Below are positions 28,196 through 42,006 of a stretch of 64,000 bases of DNA, piece by piece. Origin of the DNA: Eledone cirrhosa (Eukaryota); NCBI GenBank assembly GCA_964016885.1, contig CAXHJY010000858.1:10007-74006 (forward strand), read 5' to 3'. Position numbers and translations under genes: made by a program. The first letter of the stretch is position 1; every line of letters starts with the position of its first letter. The notes beneath the pieces were generated by a model. That model saw only the letters and a program-made list of their open reading frames with translations. It searched no databases and was not told the DNA's origin.

Positions 28196-28617
28196 GATAT
28201 ATTGGTGTAATGTCAAAGAATCACTGATGTGGCGACGGAATTATCACTACCAATCTGTACAATAATTATTTTTACATTAGATACGCCCTGATATAAGATA
28301 AGCTTACATAATAAACTCCATTATTTAACAATATCCGATAGTGTGTCCTTTGTTTGGTATAAAACAATACTGTAATTGTTAAAATCACTGAAATTGCGCA
28401 TATTATTGAATAATATTCCACAGCAGAGGTCAACAAAGATATTGGGAGCTAAATTGGAAATGTTTTTATATAAAACACAAAACGACGATAATACAAGACT
28501 ATAAGTAATAACTTGTTTTTTTTCTTTTTAATTAATTAAAAATTATTTAATATTTATTTTAAGAGTTTAACGTAGAATAAAACAAACGCTTTTGTCACCG
28601 AGAATATTGGAATGGTA

Positions 28618-28895
28618 GAGTCCCGTATCACTCGATCGAATGGTAAGGGCGTCGTGAGGGTATACAGCGTTTCTGGGACATTTTAAACATGGTGGAGCCC
28701 ATCCTTCTCAAAGTCTGAGTACAACAGATTTCTTTCAGAGGAGAATAGAAATTGAGAAAGAGATAGAGAGAAAGAATCGGCCCCTGTACTAGACTTTATC
28801 TACTCCGGCAGGATGACAAAGTAGACTTTGATGGGATTTGAACTCAGAGAGCAGAGAGACGGAAAGAATACCGCAAACCATTCTATCCGACCTCC
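28618..28895 (-). mobile_element. SINE group A, long-tail subfamily
   Basis: GGGATTTGAACTCAGAG core; tail (GTCTGAGTACAACAGATTTCTT) shared with the 445 and 17530 copies. Confidence 0.7.
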
Positions 28896-29589
28896 CCCGC
28901 CTATCTGAAATATTAAGAAGAATCAAAATAGAATGTTTCCACATACTTTAACATATTTTGAAAACGTTCATAATTAAAATATTTGTTTCGATAAGCCAGA
29001 GCAGGTTCTTTATTTAAAAGAGATTAAGGCATATGAACTAAATAGGAAAAGGAAAATATCCCAATACTAAAGCTATAGGCATGTTTAATCTCAGCATCTA
29101 AAGTTACATGGAAAACATAGTTTCAGTTGGATATCCGTTTGTTTATATTACTGATGTCAGGAACGTAGGAATATGTATTTGGTAATGGCAGGAGAGCCAA
29201 GAGGAAAGATTTGCCAGGAAAAATGTCTAGATATTTTAATATTTCCACTAGGTTATATAACAATTTGGTAACTTAGCAGCCCGATGATAAAACCTTTTCA
29301 GCTGCCAAATTAACGCAGCCGTTTGCGTTTAATATTGAAAATAGTCGCAGCACGTAATGTTAAATACATTTACAGCTTTGTATATGCATATTGTGTGTGT
29401 GTGTGTGTAAAATTGAAAGATATGGTGTAGATCTAACATTTAATTTATTCTACAATTCCAAAATTAGAAGTCAACGTCTTACTTTGAACTATAAGATATA
29501 TTTCCTGTGACATCTCCGACTCATATTCTACCTTATAACAAAAAGAGAAAAATGCTTTAGAAATTCAATCCTTGATATACAATACGTGA

Positions 29590-29772
29590 CAAATAAAGAC
29601 GACTGGTTATGGATTGGTTAACATATGTGGGAAATTCCAGACTATGGAGCACCTCCTAGTTTGTCCCAGTCTTGAAGATTCATGCACGTTTAACGATTTT
29701 GAAACCTTAACACCCTATGCAAGGCTCTGTGCGCAACGATGGATGGTTGTTGTGTAGCGACTCTATAAGAAG
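29590..29772 (+). pseudogene. 3' end of Vingi/Ingi-like LINE (C-terminal zinc knuckle)
   Basis: Hand translation of 29626-29757: CGKFQTMEHLLVCPSLEDSCTFNDFETLTPYARLCAQRWMVVV*, followed by a very short tail. Confidence 0.6.
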
Positions 29773-29820
29773 TCGACGACTCATAGGTTCGCTCGTTCGG
29801 AGATGAACTAAGGCTAAATA

Positions 29821-29923
29821 ATTGTTTCTACTTTTGGCACAAGGCCAGCAATTACACAGTACATTACTGGTACTTTATTTTATCGACCATGTAAGGATGA
29901 AAGGCAAAGTTAACCTCGGCGGG
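29821..29923 (-). mobile_element. SINE group A short subfamily, 5'-truncated, 18-bp TSD
   Basis: GAACTAAGGCTAAATAAT at 29805-29822 and 29923-29940. Confidence 0.9.
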
Positions 29924-30942
29924 AACTAAGGCTAAATAATAATTGCAAATAAGAGGAAACTCGCAGTGGGGTGAGCGGACAGCAGCAGGATCTTCCGAGA
30001 AAGAACTCTCTCATCAAGCAAGTATTTCGTCCCTTGATTCCTTCTAACGAGCGGGGCCCACCAAAGTATTGACTCCTAGGTGTTCTCCTCTTCTTTTTTC
30101 TTCCCCAGTGGGTGATCTTGTTTCTCCATTCTTGTCGTCTACACCACTCTACTACAAAGACCATCAGTAGAACTAACATTTCACATCTATTTAAACAGCA
30201 ATCAATAGTCATGACTTGATGTATTCTTCTATAGTTTTTAGATAGATAAATTGTCTATATTTAGTTATTGTTTTGTTTTTTGTCTAGTCCTTCCAGCTGG
30301 CACCTAATTGAAGTTTAAGACATTAGTTAACTGTTGGGGATGTATGTAATCGCTTTATGCGAGAGGAGTAAATGTGTATATAAATTAATGATTTCGTCAT
30401 AAATAAACTGAAAATCTGTCATCGGCTCTTCTTGTTGTGAACTTGATTTTGTGGCATTTTGACAATTCACAGGAAATCATTTCTTTATCTTTTGAAAGTC
30501 AGTGACAGAACTTTCAATCAGGACATATATTAAAGCCGATTCCTCGGTTAATCTACCCAAAACTATAATCTTTCAAACATACAATTTTTTTCTCCTTTGT
30601 TTTCTTCTCATATTTATCGAAAAAGAAGCTTATTTAAGAACAAAGAATAAATTATTTTAGTGATATGCTAGACACGTATCTAACTTTTGCCGGCCGAACG
30701 CGCTACCGGTTACATAAAATTTATAATTCATATAATTTATGATTTATATAATTTAGGCATATATATATATATATTAAGAAAGAAAGAGATAGACAGATAG
30801 ATAGGTACATATATTTATATGTATACATGCCCACATATTAAAACATGTGTATACTTATATACGCATTCCTGCAGTCTCGGTTACCCACTATGTATATATA
30901 CAGACATAACATAAATATGTATGTATGCATGTAAATATGTAA

Positions 30943-30998
<56 letters not shown>

Positions 30999-31101
30999 GA
31001 TTATATATGCATATATTCACACACACAAATGATGTTATATATATATATATATATACATATTGATTATATATCCATATATTCACACACACACAAATTATAT
31101 T

Positions 31102-31144
<43 letters not shown>

Positions 31145-31559
31145 AATATATCCATATATAATCAAGCCTTTATCTGCATGTATATATATTAACAGCTAAA
31201 CAATTGACTATATATCCGCACGTAAATCGTGTTGACACTTTCTTAAAGTTCAGTTCACTTGATTAAACAAGTTAGTATATTAAATAGAAATCTATACATT
31301 CAAGTTATAGGCCGTATTTCGTGAAGGATTTTATTTTTTTTAAATATGATATATTCTACTAGGAATATGAAATAGTAACCGAGGCACGATGATACAACTT
31401 ACGTTTAGAAGGAGGAGGGGAGTGGTCGATTAAACCGATCTCGGAACTAAAGATAATTTTATCAGCCCAAAATTTGAAGATAAAACGAACTGGATGTCTA
31501 AGAAATTTTAAGGATGAAACAATCTAATGGAATGTATTTTGTTGGACGTGGAGGCAAGT

Positions 31560-31815
31560 CAAGCAATTGCTGCCCTTCAATAGTAGAAAAATAAGACGCA
31601 TTTCTTTTAAATATAAGTTTGGAAGAAGATGCAACGGAGAGGAGTTCCAGCTAGATCTTGTCAACAAAATCTCCATAGGGTTTAAATACACAAGTCTTTG
31701 ATATCCAAATGGCTAAATGTCAACAGAAGGGCAGACGAGAATCATGATCTGGATGCAGCCTGGCCTCTTTCGAAAGTTAAGAGCCGAAACACTTGCATGG
31801 GAGAGGCTGCTGCAC
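31560..31815 (+). mobile_element. Possible Penelope-like 3' relic
   Basis: Frameshifted KSL-YPNG(L)N-like end, then GCAGCCT..GG(C)CTCTT-loop-AAGAGCC-GAAAC..AGGCTGC (hammerhead-like arrangement lacking CTGATGA). Confidence 0.35.
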
Positions 31816-32091
31816 TGAAAACCTACTGCTGTTCAGCTCACCTTACCTGAGAGTTTCTTACCACTATTAACTTATTTTCATATGTATCCTTCTATTGTGC
31901 GTTGATCCTCATTCTGACTTTGACTCTATATATTCAGGGTTCATGTAATAAGAATTGATCACTTAATCTTCAGGTATTTCTTCATTGCTAACCTCAGATC
32001 AGTACTAAACATGTGAATCTCCGATCAGTTAAATTTACAGCAATAGCCACAGTGACTTTCTTCCAGATATTGTGTATTATATTATACTGTG

Positions 32092-32262
32092 GCATATAGT
32101 TACGTCCTTTTACATTCTTAGTTCAAATTTCGCCGAAGTTAGCTTTGTGTTTCATCCTTACGAGGTCGATAAAATAAAGTACTAGTAATGTACTGGGGTC
32201 GATTTAATTAACTTTCCCCTCCCCTAATTTTGTTGGCTTTGTACCTAAATCAGAAATCATTA
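32092..32262 (+). mobile_element. SINE group A, standard subfamily
   Basis: AGTTCAAATTTCGCCGAAG..GTCGATAAAATAAAGTAC..ACTGGGGTCGATTTAA..CCTAAATCAGAAA. Confidence 0.85.
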
Positions 32263-32762
32263 CATTATACTTCCCTAATTATATATCGCTCCACATTGAC
32301 GCCCATATTTTCTATATATTGTTCTCCTTTATTCTAAAATTGAATCCTTTTATACCGATATTCCCAATTTTAACATTTCTCTCCCAGTTATTATTTAAAA
32401 TTCATTTTTTTTATTTTCCTGTTCTATATTATTGAACATTTATTCGCTCATTCTCATAACCTTTCCTTCTTTTATCATCTCCAACTTGCAATCTTCAATT
32501 CTGTGATTCTTCACTACATTCTGTCATTCTTTATAAGAACCTTTCATTATTTCACTTACTATCCCTTCACTTACTATCCCTTCACTTACTATCCCTTCAT
32601 TCCCTATTTAAACCTTGTAATTAATTTGCTCCAGAATTTAAATGGCATTCATTTTCATATTCTATTGTCCGAATATATTTTGTTTTTGTCACTATTTCCA
32701 TGTAATTCGTTGATGGAAGATGACCAACAAGGTTGTGAGAAGTTTGTTTTTACAGTATATAT

Positions 32763-33239
32763 CTCTCTCTCTCTGTCTGTCTCTCTCTGTCTCTCTCTGT
32801 CTGTCTCTCTCTGTCTCGCTCTCTCTCTGTCTCTCTCTCTCTCTGTATCTCTCTGTCTGTCTCTCTGTCTGTCTCTCTGTCTCTCTCTCTGTCTCTCTGT
32901 CTCTCTCTCTGTCTCTCTCTCTGTCTCTCTGTCTCTCTCTCTGTCTCTCTCTCTCTCTCACTCTCTCTGTCTCTCTCTCTCTCACTCTCTCTGTCTCTCT
33001 CTCTCTCACTCTCTCTGTCTCTCTCTCTCTCACTCTCTCTGTCTCTCTCTCTCTCTCACTCTCTCTCTCTCACACTCTCTGTCTCTCTCTCTCACACACT
33101 CTCTGTCTCTCTCTCTCACACTCTCTCTCTCTCTCACACTCTCTGTCTCTCTCTGTCTCTGTCTCTCTCTATCTGTCTCTCTCTCTATCTCTCCCTCTGT
33201 CTCTCTCTCTCTCTTTCTGTATGTCTCTCTCTTTCTCTC

Positions 33240-33280
<41 letters not shown>

Positions 33281-33288
33281 GTCTCTCA
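32763..33288. repeat. (CT)/(CTGT) microsatellite block
   Basis: Directly visible. Confidence 0.95.
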
Positions 33289-33675
33289 TATAAATATATA
33301 TACGCATAAATATGTATATACATGTAGAGAAAGAAAGAGGAACAATCAAATAGATAGATAGATATACATAGTAGCGCCCAGCATAGAATTAAATATCGCT
33401 AACATGAAGCCTATATTTAATTAAATATATATATTATATATATACAGTCACGCTTACTTATACACGTAAACAATACATTTATACATATATACATGTGTGT
33501 GTGTCCTACCCAATGATATACATACACACTTACAAGCACAGTGGCATGCACGTTCCTACCTTTTATGTATGTGTATACATTTTACGAAGATGTATGTATG
33601 TATATGTGCATGAATTATATATATATATATATATATAATATTCAAAATATTAACAAATGAAAAATATTCTCATAA

Positions 33676-33853
33676 TCAAAATATATACTTTATTATATAC
33701 CTTTCAAAGGTACTGTGTTTTTTTTTTTTTTCAGTACGTCCTCATCAGACAAAATATATGATTTTGATGTATGACATACCGCTACGGTCTTGATTATTCA
33801 ATTCCAGTACTGTCAGTACCTTTGAAATATATATAATAAAGTATATATTTTGA
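33676..33853. repeat. Inverted repeat (~40-bp arms) enclosing a hammerhead-like core
   Basis: TCAAAATATATACTTTATTATATACCTTTCAAAGGTACTG vs CAGTACCTTTGAAATATATATAATAAAGTATATATTTTGA; minus-strand CTGATGA-GG-ACGTA-CT-GAAA at 33729-33748. Confidence 0.8.
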
Positions 33854-33953
33854 ATAATATTAAAAACTCCAGGAAAACTTTTTTCTGTTGAGTGCTTCTA
33901 ATCTATTGTATTCATTGAGTAATCAACGAAGCATACTAATCGTTGGTCATATA

Positions 33954-33987
<34 letters not shown>

Positions 33988-34306
33988 CAGAGAGAGATGT
34001 GTATGTATGTATGTATGTATGTGTATGTATATATATGTATGTATATGTGATCATATGTATGTATGTATATATATGTATGAATGAATGCCCATTGAATATG
34101 AAAAATAGGTTAAGTACGTAAAGTGAAGGAGAAGTCAATATCTGGCATCAAATTATATTGTAGTTGAAATTTAATAAGTTAAATTTTATCATTAGACGGA
34201 ATAACAAGAGGCCTGATTACAGGTCAACATGACATGGAGATGACAGGTGGAGATGTAGGTGGGTAGAGTGATTAACACTCGTGTACTTCTATAGCCAAGT
34301 GCTTCG

Positions 34307-34352
<46 letters not shown>

Positions 34353-34448
34353 CGTGCGTGTGGTGTGTGTTAGAAGGAAGGTGGAATGAATATATCTGAG
34401 TGGCTGCGCTCGTTTATGGATTCGGTTTCTCTATGTTCATATGCTTGC

Positions 34449-34496
<48 letters not shown>

Positions 34497-34648
34497 CCGT
34501 GTATGTGTGTGTTTATATGCATATATATATATATTATCCTATTGACACATTAAAACATTTACACCTTTAAAATATACGAATATGATAATGCTTTCCTCTC
34601 TAGAAATCTATTGAAACTGTCATAAAAATGGATAAATTATCTTTGCTA

Positions 34649-34675
34649 ATATGTGTATGATTTAGAAAGTTCTGA

Positions 34676-34715
<40 letters not shown>

Positions 34716-35088
34716 TATATACTTTATGTATATATTATATATATATATAGTAATAATAATTGTTTCTACTTTTGGCACAAGGACAGCAATTACCCAGTGT
34801 ATTACTGGTACTTTATTACACTGGGTAATTGCTGGCCTTGTGCCAAAAGTAGAAACAATTATTATTACTATATATATATATATATAATATATACATATAC
34901 ATATACATAAAATATATACATATATAATATATATATAATATATACATATACATAAAGTATATACTTATATAATATATACATATACATAAAATATATATAA
35001 TATATATATAATATATACATATACATAAAGTATATACTTATATAATATATATATAATTTTCTCAGAACTTTCTAATTCATACAAATAT
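34649..35088. repeat. Fold-back inverted duplication centred in a SINE 3' end
   Basis: Arms include AGAAAGTTCTGAGAAAATT, a TA tract and TGTTTCTACTTTTGGCACAAGG..TACCCAGTGTA; 15-nt loop at 34802-34816. Confidence 0.9.
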
Positions 35089-35478
35089 AGTAATAATAAT
35101 AATATATAGTAATAATAATATATATATTATATATATAATGAATACATATAGATGGTATGAAACTATCCTGAATAATATTAATGACTGTGTAAACAAATGT
35201 TAAACGGATCTAACAGGTGTATAACTGAACATCCCAGGAAGGGTGTTTTTGCATTATTCAAAAAATTCGACCTAAACATTACAGTTGAAGATGACCCTAT
35301 GAAGGTCAGCTGAATGTTAAAAGAAATTCGGCCTAAACATTATTTTTGTAAAGGTCAGCTGAAAAAACCATAGGCTAAAAATTTCAGAAACCAAGATATC
35401 AAAACGCAGTTTATGCAGTTATTAATAAGAAAGGTTGAAATAATACATACTAGATTTCACAGCTCTAACATCACTACT

Positions 35479-35597
<119 letters not shown>

Positions 35598-35629
35598 ATG
35601 TATACACATGCACACATTATATATATATA

Positions 35630-35811
35630 TAATTGTTTCTACTTTTTTGGCACAAGGCCAGCAAATACCCAGTACATTACTAGTACTTTATTTTATCGAC
35701 CCCGTAAGGATGAAAGGCAAAATGAACCTCGGCGGGATTTGAACTCAGACCGTAAAGGGACGTAACTGTGCTGGAAAGCATGGCGTCTGATACTGCCAAT
35801 CCACCGCCCTA
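35630..35811 (-). mobile_element. SINE group A short subfamily, near full length
   Basis: Closely matches 39942-40133; flanked by (TA)n. Confidence 0.9.
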
Positions 35812-36287
35812 TATATATATGTGTGCATGTGTTATCCAAGCTATTGCAATAGTGATCGTATAACCCCGGCCGGAATACTACTCACTATGACATAAGATTT
35901 GTATGTATGTTGATAGAGAATGTTGAGAGGAATGAGGATAAGCAATTAGAGGACTGACAGAAATAAAGGAACTGCGGAAAGAGATACGAAAAAATGTAAA
36001 AAAATTATGATAGACACAGAGGTAGATAAAGAGATGGATAGATAGATAGATAAATGTGTGGATGGATAGATGGGAAAAGGTAGTGAAAAAGAAACAAATG
36101 TGGGAAGAAAGAAAGATGGAAAAGTACAGAGGAAAAATAGTTCAAAATTAGCAACTGAGGAAATAAACGTTGATTTAAATTGATAGTTTCAAATGTAAAG
36201 TCTCTCTATCTATCTATCTCTCTCTCTCCCTCTCTCTCTCTCTTTCTCTTTCTCTCTCTCTCTTTCTCTTTCTCTCTCTCTCTCTCT

Positions 36288-36321
<34 letters not shown>

Positions 36322-36774
36322 TATATATATATATATCATAGTTTCACATGTAAAGAGTGTGTGTGTGTGAGTATGTATGTCTGTATGTGTGTGTGTGTTT
36401 CAACGGTGGAAGTTATTTAGGCAGGATGAAAAAAACTGTTGGACCTTAAAGCATTATAAATGAGGGCCAGTAAGGAAATCCATGGAATAATCACTGTGTT
36501 CAATGTAGCTAGGTATTATCCGGAGGTGATTTGATTGGAGATAAACTGGCAATTATAAAGGGAAAAACATGATATTTATATTTAGCAGAGATAGAATGGC
36601 AGGAAATGTTAGTGAGGTTAAGATCTGGTTCACTACGTCGAAATATACGAGGAAATATTGAGAAGACATGTTAAAGGAAGTTAACATTTATATATTCTTT
36701 TTACTTCAGCAGTGAAAAAGATTGGAGCAGCAGAGAAGGTATAAATGGATTATTCGCGTCGGACATCATGCTTC

Positions 36775-36865
36775 GCTGCATAGTGTGGCGGCCATTTACT
36801 CTCTGAGTTCAAATCCCGCCAAGGTAAGCTTTGCATTTCATCTTTCCAGCGTCGTCGATAAAATT
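36775..36865 (+). mobile_element. SINE group A fragment
   Basis: CTCTGAGTTCAAATCCCGCCAAGGTAAGCTTTGCATTTCATC..GTCGATAAAAT. Confidence 0.75.
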
Positions 36866-36904
36866 TGATTCGGGGGTCGCCTGCCAGTTCAGTGTTATGG
36901 CAAC

Positions 36905-37201
36905 GGTAGACCGTTCCTAAAGACTGTTCGTCACCCGAAATATTCGTAAGCCGAAAGTATTTTTCCCATACGAAAATGGTAAGAAAGAAATACAGTAAGA
37001 GAGAGAGAGACTGTGTATGAAAGTCAGATAGATATCACCATAGTAACTAACTACACAGCAGATGACGCTTTCTCACCGATATTCCAAGCTTTGATGTCAA
37101 CTGTTGTTGCCAACTTGTGTGTTCGTTACTCGGGACACCGTTCGTGAACTGAGACGTTTTAATGTCCGGAAGAATTGTTCGTGAACCAAGGTTCCACTTT
37201 A
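36905..37201. mobile_element. Tigger/pogo-like DNA transposon remnant
   Basis: Right end GTTCGTGAACCAAGGTTCCACTT-TA (reverse complement resembles CAGTGGAACCTCGGTTCACGAAC) and repeated (G/A)TTCGT sub-terminal motifs; left TIR not seen. Confidence 0.55.
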
Positions 37202-37282
37202 GTAACGAGTGTTTATCATGTGATCATTCTGCCGAAATCTCACTGATGAGACATTACAATAAAGAATGCAGGAATATATAAT

Positions 37283-37443
37283 AAATCGACCCCACTGCAT
37301 TACTGGTACTTCATTTTATCGACCCCGTAAGGATGAAACACAAATCTAACCTCGGTGGGATTTGAACTCAGACCGTAAAGGGTTGTAACTCTATGCCACG
37401 AGGCATGGTATCCGGTGCTCTACCGATTCTGCCAATCCATCGC
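37283..37443 (-). mobile_element. SINE group A, standard subfamily
   Basis: ATCGACCCCACTGCATTACTGGTAC..GGGATTTGAACTCAGACC..CTGCCAATCC. Confidence 0.85.
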
Positions 37444-37457
37444 AAGAATATGTAATA

Positions 37458-37549
37458 ATTGTTTCTACATTTGGCACAAGGCCAGCAAAAACCCAGTGTA
37501 TTACTGGTACATTATTTTATCGACCCCGTAAGGATGAAAGCAAAGTTAA
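37458..37549 (-). mobile_element. SINE group A short subfamily, 5'-truncated, 16-bp TSD
   Basis: AAGAATATGTAATAAT at 37444-37459 and 37550-37565. Confidence 0.9.
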
Positions 37550-37675
37550 AAGAATATGTAATAATAATAATAAACACAGAGAACACTCCACAATTAATAG
37601 AAGACTTAATCATATTTTGTTTTTGGTGTTTTATATTTAGTTCTTCTTTGTTGTTTTTTATTGTCTGTTTTATTT

Positions 37676-38385
37676 AATATGTGTATGTCTCTAATATGTT
37701 ATGTGTACGTCTCTAATATATGATGTGTACGTCTCTAATATATGATGTGTATGTCTCTAATATATTATGTGTATGTCTCTAATATATTATCTGTATGTCT
37801 CTAATATATGATGTGTATGTCTCTAATATATTATGTGTATGTCTCTAATATATTATCTGTATGTCTCTAATATATTATGTGTATGTCTCTAATATATGAT
37901 CTGTATGTCTCTAATATATGATGTGTATGTCTCTAATATGTTATGTGTATGTCTCTAATATATGATGTGTATGTCTCTAATATATGATGTGTATGTCTCT
38001 AATATATGATGTGTATGTCTCTAATATATGATGTGTATGTATCTAATATATTATGTGTATGTCTCTAATATATTATCTGTATGTCTCTAATATATGATGT
38101 GTATGTCTCTAATATGTTAAGTGTATGTCTCTAATATATGATGTGTATGTCTCTAATATATGATGTGTATGTCTCTAATATGTTATCTGTATGTCTCTAA
38201 TATATTATGTGTATGTCTCTAATATATTATGTGTATGTCTCTAATATATGATGTGTATGTCTCTAATATGTTATCTGTATGTCTCTAATATATTATGTGT
38301 ATGTCTCTAATATATTATGTGTATGTCTCTAATATATGATGTGTATGTCTCTAATATGTTATGTGTACGTCTCTAATATATTATC
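37676..38385. repeat. 22-bp minisatellite
   Basis: TGTGTATGTCTCTAATATAT(G/T)A, about 32 copies. Confidence 0.97.
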
Positions 38386-38542
38386 CTGCACCCTCATTAT
38401 AATATCATCTGACTAATGTCAACACATTTTTAATTAATTTTTTCCGTCCACATAGGTATACGTTCTGCCAGGATTACTTTTAATTTCTTATCCTTTACTC
38501 AATTCAATGAACTCATTTGTTATAATTATTCTCTTTATATCT

Positions 38543-38544
38543 AT

Positions 38545-38579
<35 letters not shown>

Positions 38580-38740
38580 TTACTACTACTACTACTACTA
38601 TTGTTATTGAGGTATTGTTATTAATATTGGTATATTACTATCAGTGTAGTGGTAGTAGTAGTAGTGATTGTGGTAGTAGTAGTGATGGTGGTAGTGGTGG
38701 TGGTGGTGGTAGTGGTGGTGGTGGTAGTGGTGGTAGTATT
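38543..38740. repeat. (TAC)n and (GTA/GTG)n trinucleotide repeats
   Basis: Directly visible. Confidence 0.9.
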
Positions 38741-39437
38741 GGTGCTGCTGCTGTTAGTAATAGTAGATTTATAATTTTCATTTGTCTCCTATTTTTTCTT
38801 CCTATAGAAATGTGTTCAATCTTATTCTATATGGATAAAAAAATTTAAAAAAGCATAATAATAGAAATTGTTTTTTTTTTCTTTTCCACATTTTCTTTTT
38901 ATATTTGTGTCGTCTTTCATTAACTTTCTGTTCCTTGGCAAGATTTTCTAATTGTTATTGAGATTTCTATTCAAAGAAATTGATTAGTTTAAAAGAAAAA
39001 AATTAATATTGAAAAAGATTCCTTTTTTGATGACTCGCTCTGACCATATTTCTGGTGGATCAGAGTTAGATTATTGACGTAATAGTTTGTGATCTTCTTT
39101 GTTGAGTGTTGTCGTCGATGTGATGTCTAAGTACACTGATTGTATTAACAATGGATGTACTTCTATCGGGCTCAGTTCAACTAGTTGGATATAAGGACTA
39201 TGTTTAACCTCTGTAGACAGAAAACATGGACTATAATTCTTACATACATGTAACGCCATGTAGTACTGTCATATGTAGTGTCCTGTTGACAAACAGATGC
39301 GCCGATTGTTCTCCGGTGATTGAAGTCATGTCCGTCCCATTTTGAGGCAAACACTCTAACCATTAGACTACAGACTTTCAATGTAGCCAAACATATATAT
39401 TGTAAAACATTTAGGATTGTGTCATTTTAACAACCTT

Positions 39438-39850
39438 GGCGGCGAATTCATGGAGTTGTTAGAACGTTGGATTGAAGGTTTTGTGGTATTTATTCCGGCA
39501 CTTTGCTCTCTGAGTTCAAATCCTTCCTAAGACAACTTTGCCTGTCCGTCTTACGACTGTACCAGTTCAGTCCTGGGGTCGATTCTTCCTCTATACCTCT
39601 TTCTCATTTCCTCTTTCTCACTTGCTATCCTTCTCTGGAGGAAATATGCTGTGTTCAGACCTGGAGAGGGGATGAGCTCTGCCAGGCTGAAAATGCCCAA
39701 CTTTCCACAGACACACACACTCTGCTTCTCCTTCTTTGGAAGAAATCGGAGTGTGTTCAGACTTGGAGAGAGACGGTCTGCGCCGGGGTTTAAAAACCAA
39801 GTGTCTCACTACGAAGATCCTACGACTCTATAAGGAGTTACGGGTCCATA
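39438..39850 (+). mobile_element. SINE group A, long-tail subfamily, internal module duplicated
   Basis: GGCGGCGAATT head, TCTGAGTTCAAATCC, TGTGTTCAGAC(C/T)TGGAGAG twice (~39650, ~39752), end GGAGTTACGGGTCCATA. Confidence 0.75.
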
Positions 39851-39941
39851 CTTACCTAAATAGAGAGACACACGGATTCAATTATTATCTGATGTTTTAT
39901 AATTGAGTGTTGAAAGGTGACAGGGAAGAAAGAATACAAAA

Positions 39942-40133
39942 TAATTGTTTCTACTTTTGGCACAAGGCCAGCAATAACCCAGTACATTACTGGTACTTTA
40001 TTTTATCGACCCTGTAAGGATGAAAGGCAAAGTTAACCTCGACGGGATTTGAACTCAGATCATAAAGGGCCGTAACTCTATGCTGCAAAGCATGGCGTCC
40101 GACCCTCTACCGATACTGCCAATCCACCGCCCT
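39942..40133 (-). mobile_element. SINE group A short subfamily, full length
   Basis: Minus-strand head AGGGCGGTGGATTGGCAGTATCGG; possible 8-bp TSD AAATAATT. Confidence 0.9.
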
Positions 40134-40459
40134 AAATAATTAAAGAAAGAAGGCATTAGTTGAACAGAGAAGGAAAAGGAAGGAAAAAGGAGAAAAAGAT
40201 GGGATGAAAGAAGATAACGGTGAAGATGATGATGGTGTTGATAAATATTCTGAAATAAAGAAGACGATGATGAAGGTGATGATGATGATACAAATGATGG
40301 TGATGATGAGGGGGAGGGGGAATATTATGAAGAAGAAAAAGATGTCGATGTTGATGAAGAAGCTGATCCTCATCATGGAGATGATGTGAGGACACTGTTG
40401 ATGATGATGATGATATAGAAAAAATCCGATGACGATGTTGAAGAAGTATGGAGGAAATG

Positions 40460-40617
40460 AACAACAACAGCAACAACAACAGTAAAACAACAGTAACAAC
40501 AGCAATAACAACAGTAACAACAACAGCAATAACAACAGCCATAACAGCCATAACAACAGTAACAACAACAGTAACAACAGCAATAACAGCAGCAATAACA
40601 ACAGTAACATCAACAAT
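40460..40617. repeat. (AAC/AGC/AGT) trinucleotide repeat
   Basis: Directly visible. Confidence 0.9.
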
Positions 40618-41035
40618 GATATCTACTTTAGTATCTTCCTTCTAAATTAAAATATATTCCTTCATTTCTTCTCTCATATCCATCTATCCAGGTGGGATTG
40701 TTTCTCTTCTCAGAATGTCACCAATATTTCTTATTCAAATTACCCCCAAGTCTTTCATTTAAAAACGTTCCGTCAGAATTCTTTAATGAAACGTTACCCT
40801 TCTTTTTTTCTTCTTTTTGGTCCTGATGTATTGTGTAATAATAGGTTGGATTAAATGACATCACCATATAAAGGTAGACATCATGAGAATTGTAAATGAT
40901 GATATTACCATATATGGTATTGGATTCTTAGCTTCTTCTTTGTTTGTTTTTTCTTATGCAGAATATAAAACAAAAATAAATCAATAAGTTTGATATCACT
41001 GACATTTCCTCTGCTGCTTTTCGTTGTTCTGATCG

Positions 41036-41069
<34 letters not shown>

Positions 41070-41454
41070 GACTGATAATTGTTCATCAAGTTAGTACTAC
41101 AATACGGTAGAAAAATACAAAGGGCAAATGATGACAAATAAAACAAAACGAAATAATGTTTTACCCAGTGTATTTAAATATATTTTTATTTAATCAATTT
41201 AAACGTCCGTGTAGAGCTAGTAAGCCTTGACAGATTAATGGAAGTATCTTGTACTTCTTACAGTTGAGAAATAAAACAAACAAGATATAAAGAGATAAGT
41301 GAATATAAGAATTAAAATATATTTAAATAGAGAAAGCGAATGAGAGGCAAAAGAGAGACAAAATGGGAAACGAGAGAAGTTGAATGTTTTAATAACCCAC
41401 ATCGACTAAAATATTTTTGTTATAATTGGAAGTTCTTTTACAATATATTGTATC

Positions 41455-41680
41455 TGTGGTGTTGGTGTTGGCGACGTTGGAAGATGTTGTGGTGGTGGTG
41501 ACTGCGGTGGAGTATTGATGTTGGCGACGTTGGAAGATGTTGTGGTGGTGGTGGTGACTGGGGTGGTGTTGGTGATGTTGACGACGTTGTGGTGGTGGTG
41601 ACTGGGGTGGATGTTGTGGTGGTGTTAGTGTTGTTGTTATTGTTGGCGGTGGTGGTGGTGGTGGTGGTGGGTGTTATGGT
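41455..41680. repeat. GT-rich degenerate minisatellite / (GGT)n
   Basis: TGTTGGCGACGTTGGAAGATGTTGTGGTGGTGGTG repeated. Confidence 0.85.
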
Positions 41681-41958
41681 GCTGGTATTCCTGCTGGGAG
41701 TATTGGTGGTGATTTTAAGTGAGGTTTTGACTTTGGTCAATCATGATTTAGCAGATTTATGATATAATAATCGAAGTCGTCGTTCGATTCTAGGTTGGCA
41801 GTCTAACTTTATATGTTAAGGTCTCTGAATGAGTTGGACATGCTTTATTTCTAGAAAACAATGGGTAATACAGAAATAGGTCGAACTTTTAACATAAATG
41901 TCCTCAATCGTCGCATTTTATGTTCCTTGTTTTCTTCTTTAGCCTATACCTATAACAG

Positions 41959-42006
<48 letters not shown>

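Noticed and set aside
35282-35315. TTGAAGA-TGACC..GGTC hammerhead-like half (also 9695-9720, 11717-11735, 37241)
   Set aside because: Half the core is missing or mutated; not distinguishable from chance by eye.
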